Shown here: positions 23,758-35,819 of the stretch, in pieces
Numbering within the stretch: position 1 is the first letter of the stretch
Layout: every line of letters begins with the position of its first letter
NCBI RefSeq assembly: GCF_964194025.1
Contig: NC_134477.1
Span: forward strand, 52,452,001 to 52,516,000
Length of the DNA: 64,000 bases
Reading direction: 5' to 3'
DNA from: Convolutriloba macropyga
Lineage: Eukaryota
Translations under genes and position numbers: made by a program
Notes under the pieces: model-generated
Told to the model about the DNA's origin: nothing
The model's database searches: none
Seen by the model: only the letters and a program-made list of their open reading frames with translations

Positions 23758-26067
23758 AAACTACGCGTGATAGTGTAAAATTTCCAAATCGATTATTTTT
23801 ATTTTTTTCCCTCAAAAAGTTTTTATCATTAAATACAGGAACAATTGGCTTTCCAAAGAGAGGCATAAACATTCATATTTCAATTTAACAGTTGATAGCT
23901 TTTGTTTTCACATGACTTTATCACTATTTGTTATCATAAAGTTCGCAATAATTTAATTTTTAAGTTTTCGCTTTATAGTTCTTTTTGTTGTCTTGCAATG
24001 TCGGCAAGGCCCTTTATAGTTCTTTTTGTTGTCTTATAGTTCTTTTTGTTGTCTTGTTGAGGAATAATTTATTAATTGCTATCAATGAGAAGCAATTATT
24101 GTAAACGTGTCTTTTTACGACTCGAAGAGGAGTATTGAGATTCTACAGGTTTTTTTGGCAGAAAGCACTTAAACAAGCGGTTAAACTTAAACAATAGCTG
24201 TCTAGCAATTGATATCTACTTGTGATACAACCCCCCCCCCAACATACCCCAACCCGCCCCTTTGTTTGGATTTTTTAAAGATTTTTTTGATCAATTAAAA
24301 TCAATCTATGTGATGTCTAAAAGGCAGCAATCTTTACACTTATCAAACAATTAATGACTCAGACATCAATAATTTTTCAAGAGTTTTGTTACTCTTTGCT
24401 TTCGTGTATGCTTTGTTGAACATCAAATGCTGGCTAATACCGGGGTATTAGCCGAGGTTGAACATCAAATGCTGGCGTATTAGCCTTTCATAAGGCTAAT
24501 ACCGAGGTCTTTAGTTTGCCCAATTTTTCGGGTTGTCTTTTAAAGACTTGTCCTGCTATGTTTCTTTTATCATTCGGCTTCCTCCTGAATTTTTGTTTCG
24601 ACTCTCTGACAACGCGCAAAGAAGGACTTTTTGTGATCGCTCAAAACTTGAATGTTTGTGCTTGCAAGTTCAGGTGTTACCTTGATCAATTAGTTTTTGC
24701 GACAAATTGCATTAGTTGTTTTCCGTCATTGAACCAATGGTTGTGATCATTTGATTTTTGACCCATTGTAGTGACTGAAAAAAGATAACTTCCTATTATG
24801 CATGTCACTATGATACATGTCTGGTATTTTTTTAGATTCCATCAACTTTATATTACAATGCATTAATGACTCTTAATTTTTTGACAGTTTCCTGTATCTG
24901 CTTCCTTGGGTACACAATTTGGCTAAAGAATACGATGAGTGGGGTTGCGACGTTATGTGCAAACGCGCATTGCCGAGCCTGCTTGTTCAGTTTTGAAATT
25001 GCGGTGGGGCTGAACGACAATAACGAAGAGCAGTTGAACTTTTAATACTGCCACGGGGTGTTTTAAGGTAACTTTCAAAGCTTGAGAGGAAATATGCCCA
25101 TTACACTGCAAAGGCAGACCTGAAAAGACTGGCTGATTTTGCCCTCAAGGATTTTGGTTGCTTTCATTGTCACGAGACTAGTTTCTTGTAAGTCTACTTT
25201 CTGATAAGTTCTTAGAAGTGCCATTAGTTAACTTAGCAAAACGGAATTTTGTTACACGCTCGGTCAAAATTGATCAAGACAATTCATGTCTGCCTATGCA
25301 GGCACAATTATGACATAGGTTTGTGGAAAGAATTTGATTTTACTGTGTAATCTTTTTTTTATTGGAAGCTCCTACGCTGTTTTACCATTTTTCAATATAG
25401 ATTCACTCATTCATCAATTTTATTACTTTCCGAGAAAACAGTTCAGCAAAACGTGCTGTTTGCTTGCTGTGCAGGAAAATTCAAACGAAACGGTGGTGAG
25501 ACAATTAAGATTGGTTTTCGCTTCTCAGTTCGATTTTACATTGCAGTATTTTTATACTCTGCCAAAAACAAGCGTTACTGCTGAACTTCGGAAAAAATAT
25601 AGCAAAAATAGTAACAATTATTAAAATTTTGAAATTCCCCGAAATTCAAAAGAAATTCCAAACTTCATAAATTTTCCGAATTAAAATTTCCGAAATTGGA
25701 AAACTTAGTTATCCGAAATTCGAAAATTTTATCGACCTCGATCTACGAAAAAACAATTTTACAAAATGTTATATGGATGTAGAAAAAGTATAATGAACAC
25801 TAGTACTCGTATAGTCAATGAATAAACTAACCCTGACGGCATTCTTTGATTAGACGAGAAAGAGAATATTCATAGATAACATGACGCGCCGATGACGAAA
25901 TGGCCTTTGAAAGAACAAAGATTAGAAATTTGTCAGCCGAGTTAGTTTGAAATCTCAATGGATTCTATATATTAATAATTGTCACTTCACTCGCAAAATG
26001 AGCATAATGATGCATGTTTACATTACTCAGCAATATTGCTGTTTGTTGTATTCAAATGAATTTTTTT

Positions 26068-26582
26068 AATAGTCGCCATTAGCTTCTCAACGGCTATTAT
26101 TTAGGCGATCTTCTTTTTTTAAATTTGCTGTACCTTTTGATCATGTTTTTCGTTTTACATAAGTTACTAGTTTCACGCTTGACTTCTGACTTACTTAACT
26201 GAACTGAATGTATTTTAACTTCTTTCACGTATTGAATTACGTAATGCAGTGAATACGGCCAAAGTCGAAAGAGCAAAATCAAAAGAAACGGGATAAACAT
26301 AAAAAGTCCGATCATTAAGTCATAGTGCATTAGGTTATCGAAGTCCATTAAATGGATTGCTAGCTGGCATTAGTATTAAACTTAACAGCATTGAGTTTAG
26401 ATAATACATTAATTGTAATTTTAGAATTATGCGGAATATGCAGAATTTACATAGCAAATAAGGTCATTGTGACACTGAAAATTTCTGTCAATTTCTATGT
26501 CATAATTTTCGTTTTTTGTTTCAATCCCACTGTGCGTCAAGCGGGTCAACGGCGGCTTTTTTCAGGCAATTTGGCGGCAATG
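26068..26582 (+). mobile_element. HINE-type element, family B, short diverged copy
   Basis: 5' AATAGTCGCC..CGGCTATT; 3' GGCGGCTTTT followed by a degenerate GGCAATTTGGCGG hairpin; T-run on the left. Confidence 0.7.
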
Positions 26583-27132
26583 TTTAACATAATTTAGAGC
26601 TATAGTTTTGCGGAGTTTGTGGAACATATGGATATTCGCGTGACATTTTGTAAAAATCTCCTATTATCTCATATTGAATTTCAGACAGAAAATTATGGAA
26701 AAAGCTCACGTGGCGAATTTTTCAATTTAAAGTATCTTGCTTTTTAAAAATGATTTACAGTTTATCGGCAAAAACCTGTAATTGAGCTAAATTTTAAGTA
26801 ACTTTGTTTTTTAACACTTTATGTGTACAAAAAGCAAAGTGTAGGAAAAATGCTTGTACAAAAAAGCAAAGTGTAGAAAAAAGTCGAGGTTAAAAATGCG
26901 TTTTTCGTCTCATTTTCTTTCAAAGATTTCTAAAACTTGACTCTACAGAAAGAAACAGAAATTTTGTTTTAATCATGGTATTGTTCTGACAATAGTAGCA
27001 AACACAATGTCAAGCGCTTATCATAGTAAATGGTGAAGTTTTTTTAATGGAAATAGAATATTACGTTCAATTTTTTTTTGAAAGAGCTATATTTTGAGAG
27101 AACTACAAAACCATGGTTTTCTCTATTTTTTT

Positions 27133-27515
27133 ACTGCTCTCAAACAAAGTTTGAAGGAATTATTGTAACCATGTGTGTGTTTTATATGCAAATTGTTGGC
27201 GCTCTTGCGCTTTTGTGCGAGAATATACTTTGACTTCTTTGGTAACTTTTTCACTCTTTAGTTGTTCATTTTTGAGTGATCTGAGTGCTCTAGTTAAATG
27301 AGGTTCATTGGTTAAAGGGATTGTGAGCGAAAGGAAATCAATGCCTTCATGTCTGAGTGGTTAAGATGTCAGGCTGCGAACCGGGTGGGCGGAGTTTGGA
27401 TCCCAATAGGGAAGTTTTTTTGCACCTATAAAACATTTCCGCCCCCTCTAAAATAGATTGCCCCATCTGTCGTTCGAGAGCAATTCATCCGACATTAGTC
27501 GGTTTATGTTTATAA
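27133..27515 (+). mobile_element. HINE-type element, family A
   Basis: 5' ACTGCTCTCAAAC; 3' GTTCGAGAGCAATT then hairpin CCGAC-ATTA-GTCGG. Confidence 0.72.
27343..27415 (+). other. Degenerate tRNA-like segment (Pol III A/B-box-like) inside a family A element
   Basis: TGTCTGAGTGGTTAAG and GAGTTTGGATCCC at tRNA-like spacing; acceptor stem does not pair well. Confidence 0.3.
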
Positions 27516-30500
27516 TTTGTCTTATTTGTATTTGGAGTTCTAATCAACCGTTTTCATATTAACCGCAACAAAATGTGGCAACAGTTCTAGGTGAATGGTA
27601 AGGAAAGCAATTTCTGTATTCAGTTTTCTTGATTAAGTCTTGTAATTAATGCTGAAGTAAATATACTCTATTTCTGCTAAATTCTATAGCTTTGTTTAGT
27701 GTATTCTGTTGTGTTTGATATACAGCACATGGTTGGAAAGTTATGCCTCTTCTTTGATTGGTCAGAAGTTTCTCAATTAAAATCTATCCAAGAAAAGAAC
27801 CCCTATTATAAAAGGGTGGGGGGCGATGTTGAAAAGATCCAGGGTTCATTCAATTTTCAGAAGTTTGTCCCGAAGACATGTAAAATCCTGCAAATTGTGA
27901 TAAGTTTCTGCTAATTGTTAGTATAGACGGCAATACTTCTTGGCAAGCGAGCTAAATTTGAGAATAATTGTAGAAGATTTATCATGATTGATGAAGTGGA
28001 GCTGTCAGCATTGGTATGATGCGAATTAGAGAAATGCAGATTCGAAATGAAACTTTTTCTTCTTACGTTAAACTAACGTATTCTATTCAGCATTAATGTA
28101 GTTGAAGTATCAAGTCTACTGCGTTATCACCTAACTGATGTGTTCCAAAAATATATGAGACTGGATCATTATAAATTTGACATAAATTCTGGAGGACAGG
28201 ATTTGGTAGTCGCCTATGTTTATTCCAGCAATGAGGATTACAGTTGAAATTTAGGGATTGGTTGATTTTATTGGATCTAAAATTAACTTAATCTGATCAC
28301 ACCTTTGTTAACAAATTTTGGCAGTTTATCTGGACGAAATTCGGATAACTAATGAATGTTACCACAAGGCTGTCATTGTCATCGAGACATTGTCAAACTT
28401 TTAGGTGCAGCAGAGTTGGTGAATAAATTCCACCGTACAGTAGCAACCGTGTGGTAATGTCTTTGGTCCTTTCTCGTTGCGATTGCAATAGTTTCAAACC
28501 TTGCAGGACTATGTAGCTGATTAGACTACTGATTAGCTGACGGATATATCTTGCCATGTCATGGTTAATCTTTCTAGGAAATCTTGATATTATCTTTTTT
28601 CTTGACAACCATGCAAAAAACTTGCAAGTTTTTACATATCTTGATGTTTTCATGGAAAGTGACATGCCAAGATTTACCAAGATTTAGTATGTTTCTTATC
28701 AAGATGTATCAAGTTTCGATTCACTAGATTTTTAACAACACTTCAGGTAGTAACAGTGGCGAGAGTTTCGGAAAAAATCAGTCTAATCCGGAAGCAGAGC
28801 TTCTTCATTGTTTAAGACTTCCTAGCGATTCTTGGAGCCTTGGGCGTTTGGAGGTGATTAATTGCGCTAAAACAAATTTTGTAGCAATTCTATGAGTAAT
28901 GTTGGTCTATTTGTAATGTAAATTATATCAATTTTTCGATATTGTATGACTGGCAAATTTTGTGAATTTTTATATTGTGAAACGGGTAACGCTCGAAGGA
29001 AGTAAGTTTCTGAGCAGTTCTCTTTGAGCCTTATTAGTGTCAGAATTCAACGGATCTGCTGAGGATGCATTATTTTATGGTGTGGAAGATAATTTTTTGG
29101 AACGCTCCCATTACGCCGCAACCCCACCTTAACTAAAGCTGCTTTTTGGAGTAATTTCACGGTGTAAAGGGCAATTTTTGGGTGAATGGGATAACGACTT
29201 ACCCTCTTTGTAGCCACAACCAGACTGAACCCCTCACCAGTCGTTTGAGAACACTTACTCGTCTGTCTTTGTTTGGTAATTGTTAATTATATAAGACACA
29301 GTCAGATAGCAACCATTTGGTTTGAACTATTTCACTATAAAGAGAATTATCAATATTTTTACTTTTCCAAAAAAGTTTTGGCACTCCTTCTGGCGGCAAT
29401 TTTTGGGACAATTTAGCACAATTTGATCAAATTTGTTTTCACTTTAAACATTTTGGATAACACCGGTAGCCTATCCGAGGGTATCGTCTAATGACAACAT
29501 CTTATCTGTTTTTGACACTCAATATCTAGAGTTTTTGTATATTTCAGAAAACGTTTTCAGACAAAAATGGAGACAAATTTGTAGCCCATGTTTTAACTGA
29601 TTTGATCAACTTTTTGAATTGAGATATATGAATCATTCTTCGATCTTTTTGTTATCATGGGAAACGGGTATAAACGATATCTGTCATGATTGAATAATTG
29701 TTTGTAATTTTTCAGGAAAAAATGAACCGGATATGTGAAAAAATTAAACCAAACTTAAGAAACTAAGTCAAGTTTGGTGTTTCGGAAAAAGTTTGGCCAA
29801 GAGGCAAATTTGAAGTAACAGCTACCAAAAAGAACTGGTTTTGCATAACAGTTTATTTTGCAAAATTTAGATTTGAGAACAAATTCAGATACCCAAAACA
29901 ATCATCTTTAAGAAATGTTTCAGTTTGACTGTATTTATTCATAATTTAGTTTTTGTTTTGAGTTTTATCCAGTTAGCATAAACGCCACAGCCTAGCAGAT
30001 TAGGTTTCTGTTGAGCAGCTTTATCTACACAACTGGCTATTATAAAGATTGGGATTTCACAATTGAAAGAATATGGATTTTTTTGATCGTCGTGTTTTTG
30101 AAGATCTGCCCTCACAGTTTGATTTTCTTTTAGACATTGGGAATTCAACTTTTAGCGTGACATTAGTCGAAAGGCAGCAGTACAGGTATCAGCTTACAAA
30201 TAATTTAACAGCATCGAAACAGGTATCTTCTGAGCCATCTTTGACGACAGAGAAAAAAAAAACCAGAGATTTTATTGCGTTTGCTATTGGCTATTTTTTT
30301 CAGTCTGATTTCCTCTCGACCGTTGAGCACCAACAAAACTATTTCATTGCTTCATAATTAGAAAATGGTATATCCGTAATAAGATTCTAATAAAATTAAC
30401 GACATTGACTTTAATTTTGGTAAAATATTAACGAATATTTTATCGTGCCCTTATTGATAGTTCGTTCTGGTTTTCGGTTTGAGTATGATCGATCTCATGA

Positions 30501-32835
30501 GTATCTTACCAAAGACAGCGCTCATCATATTATAAATTTCAATATAAATTTAGACCATTGATATATTAGTTACAATATTGTTTCCAATAAATTATCTTTC
30601 CTTAACTCTGCATGCATATGTTATTTGCCATTTTACAGGTTTTTCAACGTAATTTTTGCAAAAGTTGTTATAAGTTCAAGAAAAATTTGAATCAGTTGAG
30701 ATTGAGGCAACAGTTGTTTTATCTCGTGATTCCGATCGACGGACTTTGATCAGAAAACGAACTTTAACATTTTTTCGTGAGTTCTGAAAGTTCTCACTTC
30801 TTGCATTGTTTTGTAATTCGTCTTGCAGACAGATATTTGACCCATATCAAGAGGTCTCTTTAAACTCATGTTATCTAGTTTTTTAAGTTTTTGCTATATA
30901 GCTTTCGGAGCTAAAGCTTTTTTTTAAGAAATGTATGCGAATCTAAATGCTGTAATTTCTTGTCGGTTTTGTCACTTTACCCTAAATATATTAATTAATA
31001 GAATTATTTGCTTTCAATTTTTTTTCAGTTCGTTCTGGGCCATGTTTTAAAAAAAAGTCTCATTTATTTTGCTATTTTACCCTCATTCCATATTCCCATA
31101 ATTGCTGTCCTGAAATACTCTAAAAACGTTTACTATGTTCTCTTCTATTGCGGCTTAATTGATCTTTTTTCCAACATGTATTCCAATGATTTGAGAACGC
31201 TGGGCTAAAATTTTGAGTCTTGATCAGGTATTTTGTTTTCAAGTGCAAATGTCTTACTGAAAGTCAACAGTTCCTTTGGTAAGAAATCAGCCAGGAAACC
31301 TTTCCTCTGATTTCCTCTTTTCTTTTCATTAGAGTTCAGGACTAGTGCCGCTTTGCTTTTACGTGAAACCGATTTTTTTGTTTGAACTCATTCTGCTTCT
31401 TGAACACCAGAAATGAGTTTCACTTTTACGGCTATTTTTTTTTTCATTCATTCAATATGCTATTAAAAAGACGTACTCCCTAAAGACAATAGGCAAGCTT
31501 CCGGAAACTTTGTTTTGGGGCTGCCAGTCTCACGAAATATGAGAAATGAAGCCAGAGACTACGAGATTAATTGTTTCATTGTACAATAAGGTTGATCTTT
31601 GGAGAAGAAACTTCTGGCTTAAAATAGGTGGTTTTGGGAACGTTTCGCATAATGCAAGCTGAAAACTTCAATTTAGTGTTTTCACATTTTTGTTAGGTTA
31701 TCGACATGATAGAAAGAAAATTTAAAAATATTTTAACTAAATTTACAGAAACGCAATTGGTTAATGTAAAAGTTTCCTCTATACCTGTAATTAAATTTTT
31801 CTACTGATTGTTCTGATTCAACTGACTTTTCATCGTCATTTAATTTTCTCATAGTTACTCCTTCCTTGCATTTTGTATAAGCGTTTAGGTCATGCTTTCT
31901 GATATCAACTACTGTGATCATGTTCCCGATGTAATTTTCCATCGATATGGAGATGCCAGAGCTCTCTATAAAAGGCAGTATCTTTTTAAATCTTCGTTTC
32001 TTTCCTAATTCACATAGTCTCTGATAATGCAATCAGCCCGAAGACCAGGTTCTTCCTCATTTTGCAGCCTTGTTGGGACTTGTGCCGCAATTTTGTTCAA
32101 TAAATTTTGCCGTTTCATCTGTAATTGGCATCAAAATTAGTGTATTTTTTCTTTTGCTCCTTCTTTTTCTTTGTTTTTAAGAAAACGGTGATCCCCAAAA
32201 CATCTTGGTGTTCGATTTGGAAACTTTGCTGAAAGGCTACAAATGTCAACCACAAAAGAAATGATTAAAACAAAGATTACCCAAGAAATTCTTTCAGTGC
32301 GCACTAATGATGCGCACTGGAAACAAGTTTTGAGGCTTTTAAAACAAACTAGAAAACATTTCTGCAATCAAATTTTAGATATTTTGATGATGCACTAGTT
32401 TCAAATGTGAATCTCTCAAATACGAATGTGGGAGCGTTCTGTGCCATGCACAGAAACATACAAGCAGTCTTGTTTTGTATGCATAAACGGATAATTTGTT
32501 CACTAGCTGCTAATATTATCAGATAGATTAGTGCTATTATATACAGACCAACATTTTTTTTTGCTGTTTACAATAATTATCAAAACCTAATTTCTTCATT
32601 CAGCCAGTCGTCATTAAAGCTTTCGTAAATAGTTTTTGTGATGCTTTTGATCGTTTTTCATTTGAGTTTTCCTGCAAATTCCTGATGACAGATAAATTAA
32701 AAACCAGCTTGGTGGGAATAGAACCTAAATACCGCATAAAGGGGATATAATGGGGGAAAACCCTTTAATTTGATACTGGGAGCCATAAAAGCACTGAGGG
32801 GCTGAAACCAAATTGATCTGGAAAATTTTGTTTAG

Positions 32836-33052
32836 ATGTCTTGACGAAATGAGTACACCCAACAGTTGTCTATCGGAATGGAACAATGAACAAGCACCAC
32901 AGTTTGCAGTTGACTATTGGACACTAAAAGAGGGCAACTCTTCTATAAAGGATATGTTGATAGCAATCAGAGAAGACATGTTTAAACACCTTGTAGTAAA
33001 TCACGTGATCGCGTCGATTAGCAGAAAAGAAATGAGACAATTGAGAAGGTGA
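32836..33052 (+). CDS. AOX-like protein, coding exon 2 (joined CDS 921 nt, 306 aa)
   Basis: Acceptor TTTTGTTTAG| in matching phase 2; encodes CLDEM...QAPQFAVDYWTL...SIKDMLIAIREDMFKHLVVNH ~ AOX PAP.IA..YW.L...TLRDV...RADEAHHRDVNH; AATAAA at 33309. Confidence 0.88.
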
Positions 33053-33849
33053 ATAATGCTTCTGCAATTGGACAACTAGAAAGTATTGGAGCAGCTGAAA
33101 CAATCGAGTTTGACTTATAAGCGAAGTGATTAAACTGATTATTAAGCCAATCTTTAACCACATGCTCGCAAATTTACAATCGAATAAGAGGATAGATCTC
33201 AAAAACTAACTCAATTTCTTTAGATGATCTATAAAAACTGGTGCTAAAAGGTTTTCGGAATTGTTGTGCTTTAAAGGTGAATTGCGAACTGAACTAACAA
33301 ACATGTTAAATAAATATATTTTTCCGATTGTATGTTTTCCCAAAAAATCTTGAGTTTCGTCCCCCCCCCCCCCCCGAGCTCTCTAACCATGTTTCTCAAA
33401 TTTTAATTTAGCCCACAGTGTATTTTATGAATGGTTCTATATATCACAGGGTTCTACTCCTTTTAAGCCCAATTTATTGAACTCCCTATAACTTAACACC
33501 GTATATGTTCACCCCTCAGCTTTTAACCCCGCAACTTATTCACCTCGTATATAAACCCACTTAAGATTTTAAGAATAAACTCTATTTTGTTGTAAGTAAT
33601 GGTCAAAATTGTGTTTTAGACTCTTGACTCCAGCTCAAGGTTCAATCCATCCGAGATTTTGGCGTATTAGCTTCAGACCAAGAAAATGCGTTTCTAAGAA
33701 GGGTTGATTTTTGAAGAGATGCATGTGTCGTATGATAACCTGTCGAGTGATGTCTGTTGACAAAATTAGTGAAACAATTGGTTACCCAATTTATTTCCAT
33801 TTTTGCTACACCAAAAATGATTTTAAAAGTTTAATTTTTGCTTTGTTAA

Positions 33850-34655
33850 CACCCGGGTCGCCACTTCATAGTAATCATACAAGGATTATATATATCATAC
33901 AAATCATAACGTGTTTGTTAGTACGATTTTCGTATGAGTACTAAGAATTCATACATGATCCCTTATGATTACCAGGAAGTCATATGTGAACCTAGTATGA
34001 TTACCAAGAATCATAAATCTATTTTTCGTAATTTTTTGTACCATTTGTTTTAAATTTCGGTAAGCATCACATTTGTGATTCCCCGGCATCACTTGTGATT
34101 CGCCAAAAATCTCTGACGTAAAATATCATTTGCAAAGTGTGGCACAAAATAATAGAGTAATTCCAAATACGTAGCTAAATCATTGATATTCACTGAAGCC
34201 AGTTAATACCTCTAAAGGCTGATTCATATGAAACATTAAAAAGAAACAAAAATATATTGCAAATTTAACCGCAAATTCCTATTGTGAATATGTTCAATTT
34301 GCAAAGCTATTCTGTTAGCGTGCCCAAAAAATCAAATGTGGATTGCACATGCGGTACAATAATTTAATATGTCCACTGACTACATATACGAGAATTTGTA
34401 GCACCAGATCATGGTCTGTGTATCATATATGACCTTGTAAGTTTTTTCAACTTCGATAGAAAATGACAATTTTACAGTTTTACTCTTCGAATTTTTTTGT
34501 ATGATATCTGTATGATCTATAGGAAATCATATGTGATCCTTGTATGACTACGAATAGCTCATAAAAATCATATATGACCAAGTATGGTTACTAAAAAATC
34601 ATTTATGACCTGGTATGACTTCTAAGAGTTTTGTATGATGAGCAAACCAGGCATT
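33850..34655. repeat. Imperfect ~33-bp repeats (ATCATAT.TGA.C...GTATGA.TAC) clustered at both ends; possible old MITE
   Basis: Recurrent motif at 33870-34020 and 34495-34640. Confidence 0.45.
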
Positions 34656-35819
34656 GGTCTCTAACGTGGTCTCCTAACATTGTGGTTCAATGTTACTATT
34701 AACGTTACGCTAAGATACACACAACACCAACAAAGGAACAGTTCAGTTACCGTTTTGATTAAATAAATTAATTTTTTATTGGGCGCCTAGTTGGACTTAA
34801 AGCAGCAAAAGTACAGCAAATGATAAATGCATATTTGTCATCTAAGATTTTGAGTTTTCTGGAGTGGCAAATTTATCATATATCCAGTTTCTGAGTTTTT
34901 GAGTTGTGTGTTTGTTTTCAGCAGTCTTGTGCACCTTAAACTGAACTCTTTTTGATATCTAATCATTTTAACAGACAAAATAGTGTTTTAACGGATCTCG
35001 TTCTCCTTTGGAGACTTGATTAAATATTATTGGTTTTTTGTTGCTGTGCCCCATTTTTGGCAGCTTTAAGTAAACGTACTACTGTTGTTTTTGAGAGGCG
35101 GAAATGTGCAGCAAGAAATTGTAGTTATTCATTTTCATTGCCAATCAAAATGTTGCACTGTGAAGATAAGTGCCAAAGTTAATGAGCAGCATTGTTACAA
35201 CTCTCAAATGTGCTCTAATTTTCAATGCTTTTTTGTAAATTTTTTGAGCAAATTGATGTTTTAATGGGGTAAAATGTGAACGTTCTATTATTCAGTAGTT
35301 TTAAAGCTCTCGGGGTTCGTGATAAAATTTAATTGAGTGAATGTCCTCCATTGACAGTAGCCATCCGATGGTTAAAAGGGCAAAATAAAATCTACGTGAA
35401 AGCCACAAACGGCTCTCAAAATTGGCCAATATTGTTGTCCTACAAAAAATATTAGGCGTTGAATTTATGCATTCCCAGCATGTGTGATTCATGGGTCATT
35501 TTATCGACTCGTAAAGCTCTAAAGAACTGCATCTCAATGTATTACCCTCGGGCGGTTTTCATTTATTGCGTTGCTTTTCACGAAATAATTGGTACAAACT
35601 CTCTTGAGAGCAATAAAAACTGATGAAAATGGTTCCAGAAAATTGGTGCGAAATGTGCTAGGCTCATAGTTGCACGATCCGCCTCATTTTGGGTATTGTA
35701 ATTCTATTCGTTTTCGCTGATCTTAAATTAGCGCGCAAAACATGCCTTATTATAAACGAATTGTTAACAAATATCTTGACTGAAACGTCAGTAGTTTGTA
35801 ATTGTTCCGACCCTCTTGA

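Noticed and set aside
23972-24056. Three ~23-bp direct repeats, superficially CRISPR-like
   Set aside because: No regular unique spacers, no cas genes, eukaryotic context
29300-32700. Coding-like minus-strand stretches (e.g. 31733..32032), possible decayed transposase
   Set aside because: No catalytic or family motif could be confirmed by eye
34985-35025. TDLVLLWR, resembling the DLTLLW segment of the DHRS7 N-terminus
   Set aside because: Followed by an in-frame stop with no suitable donor; likely chance
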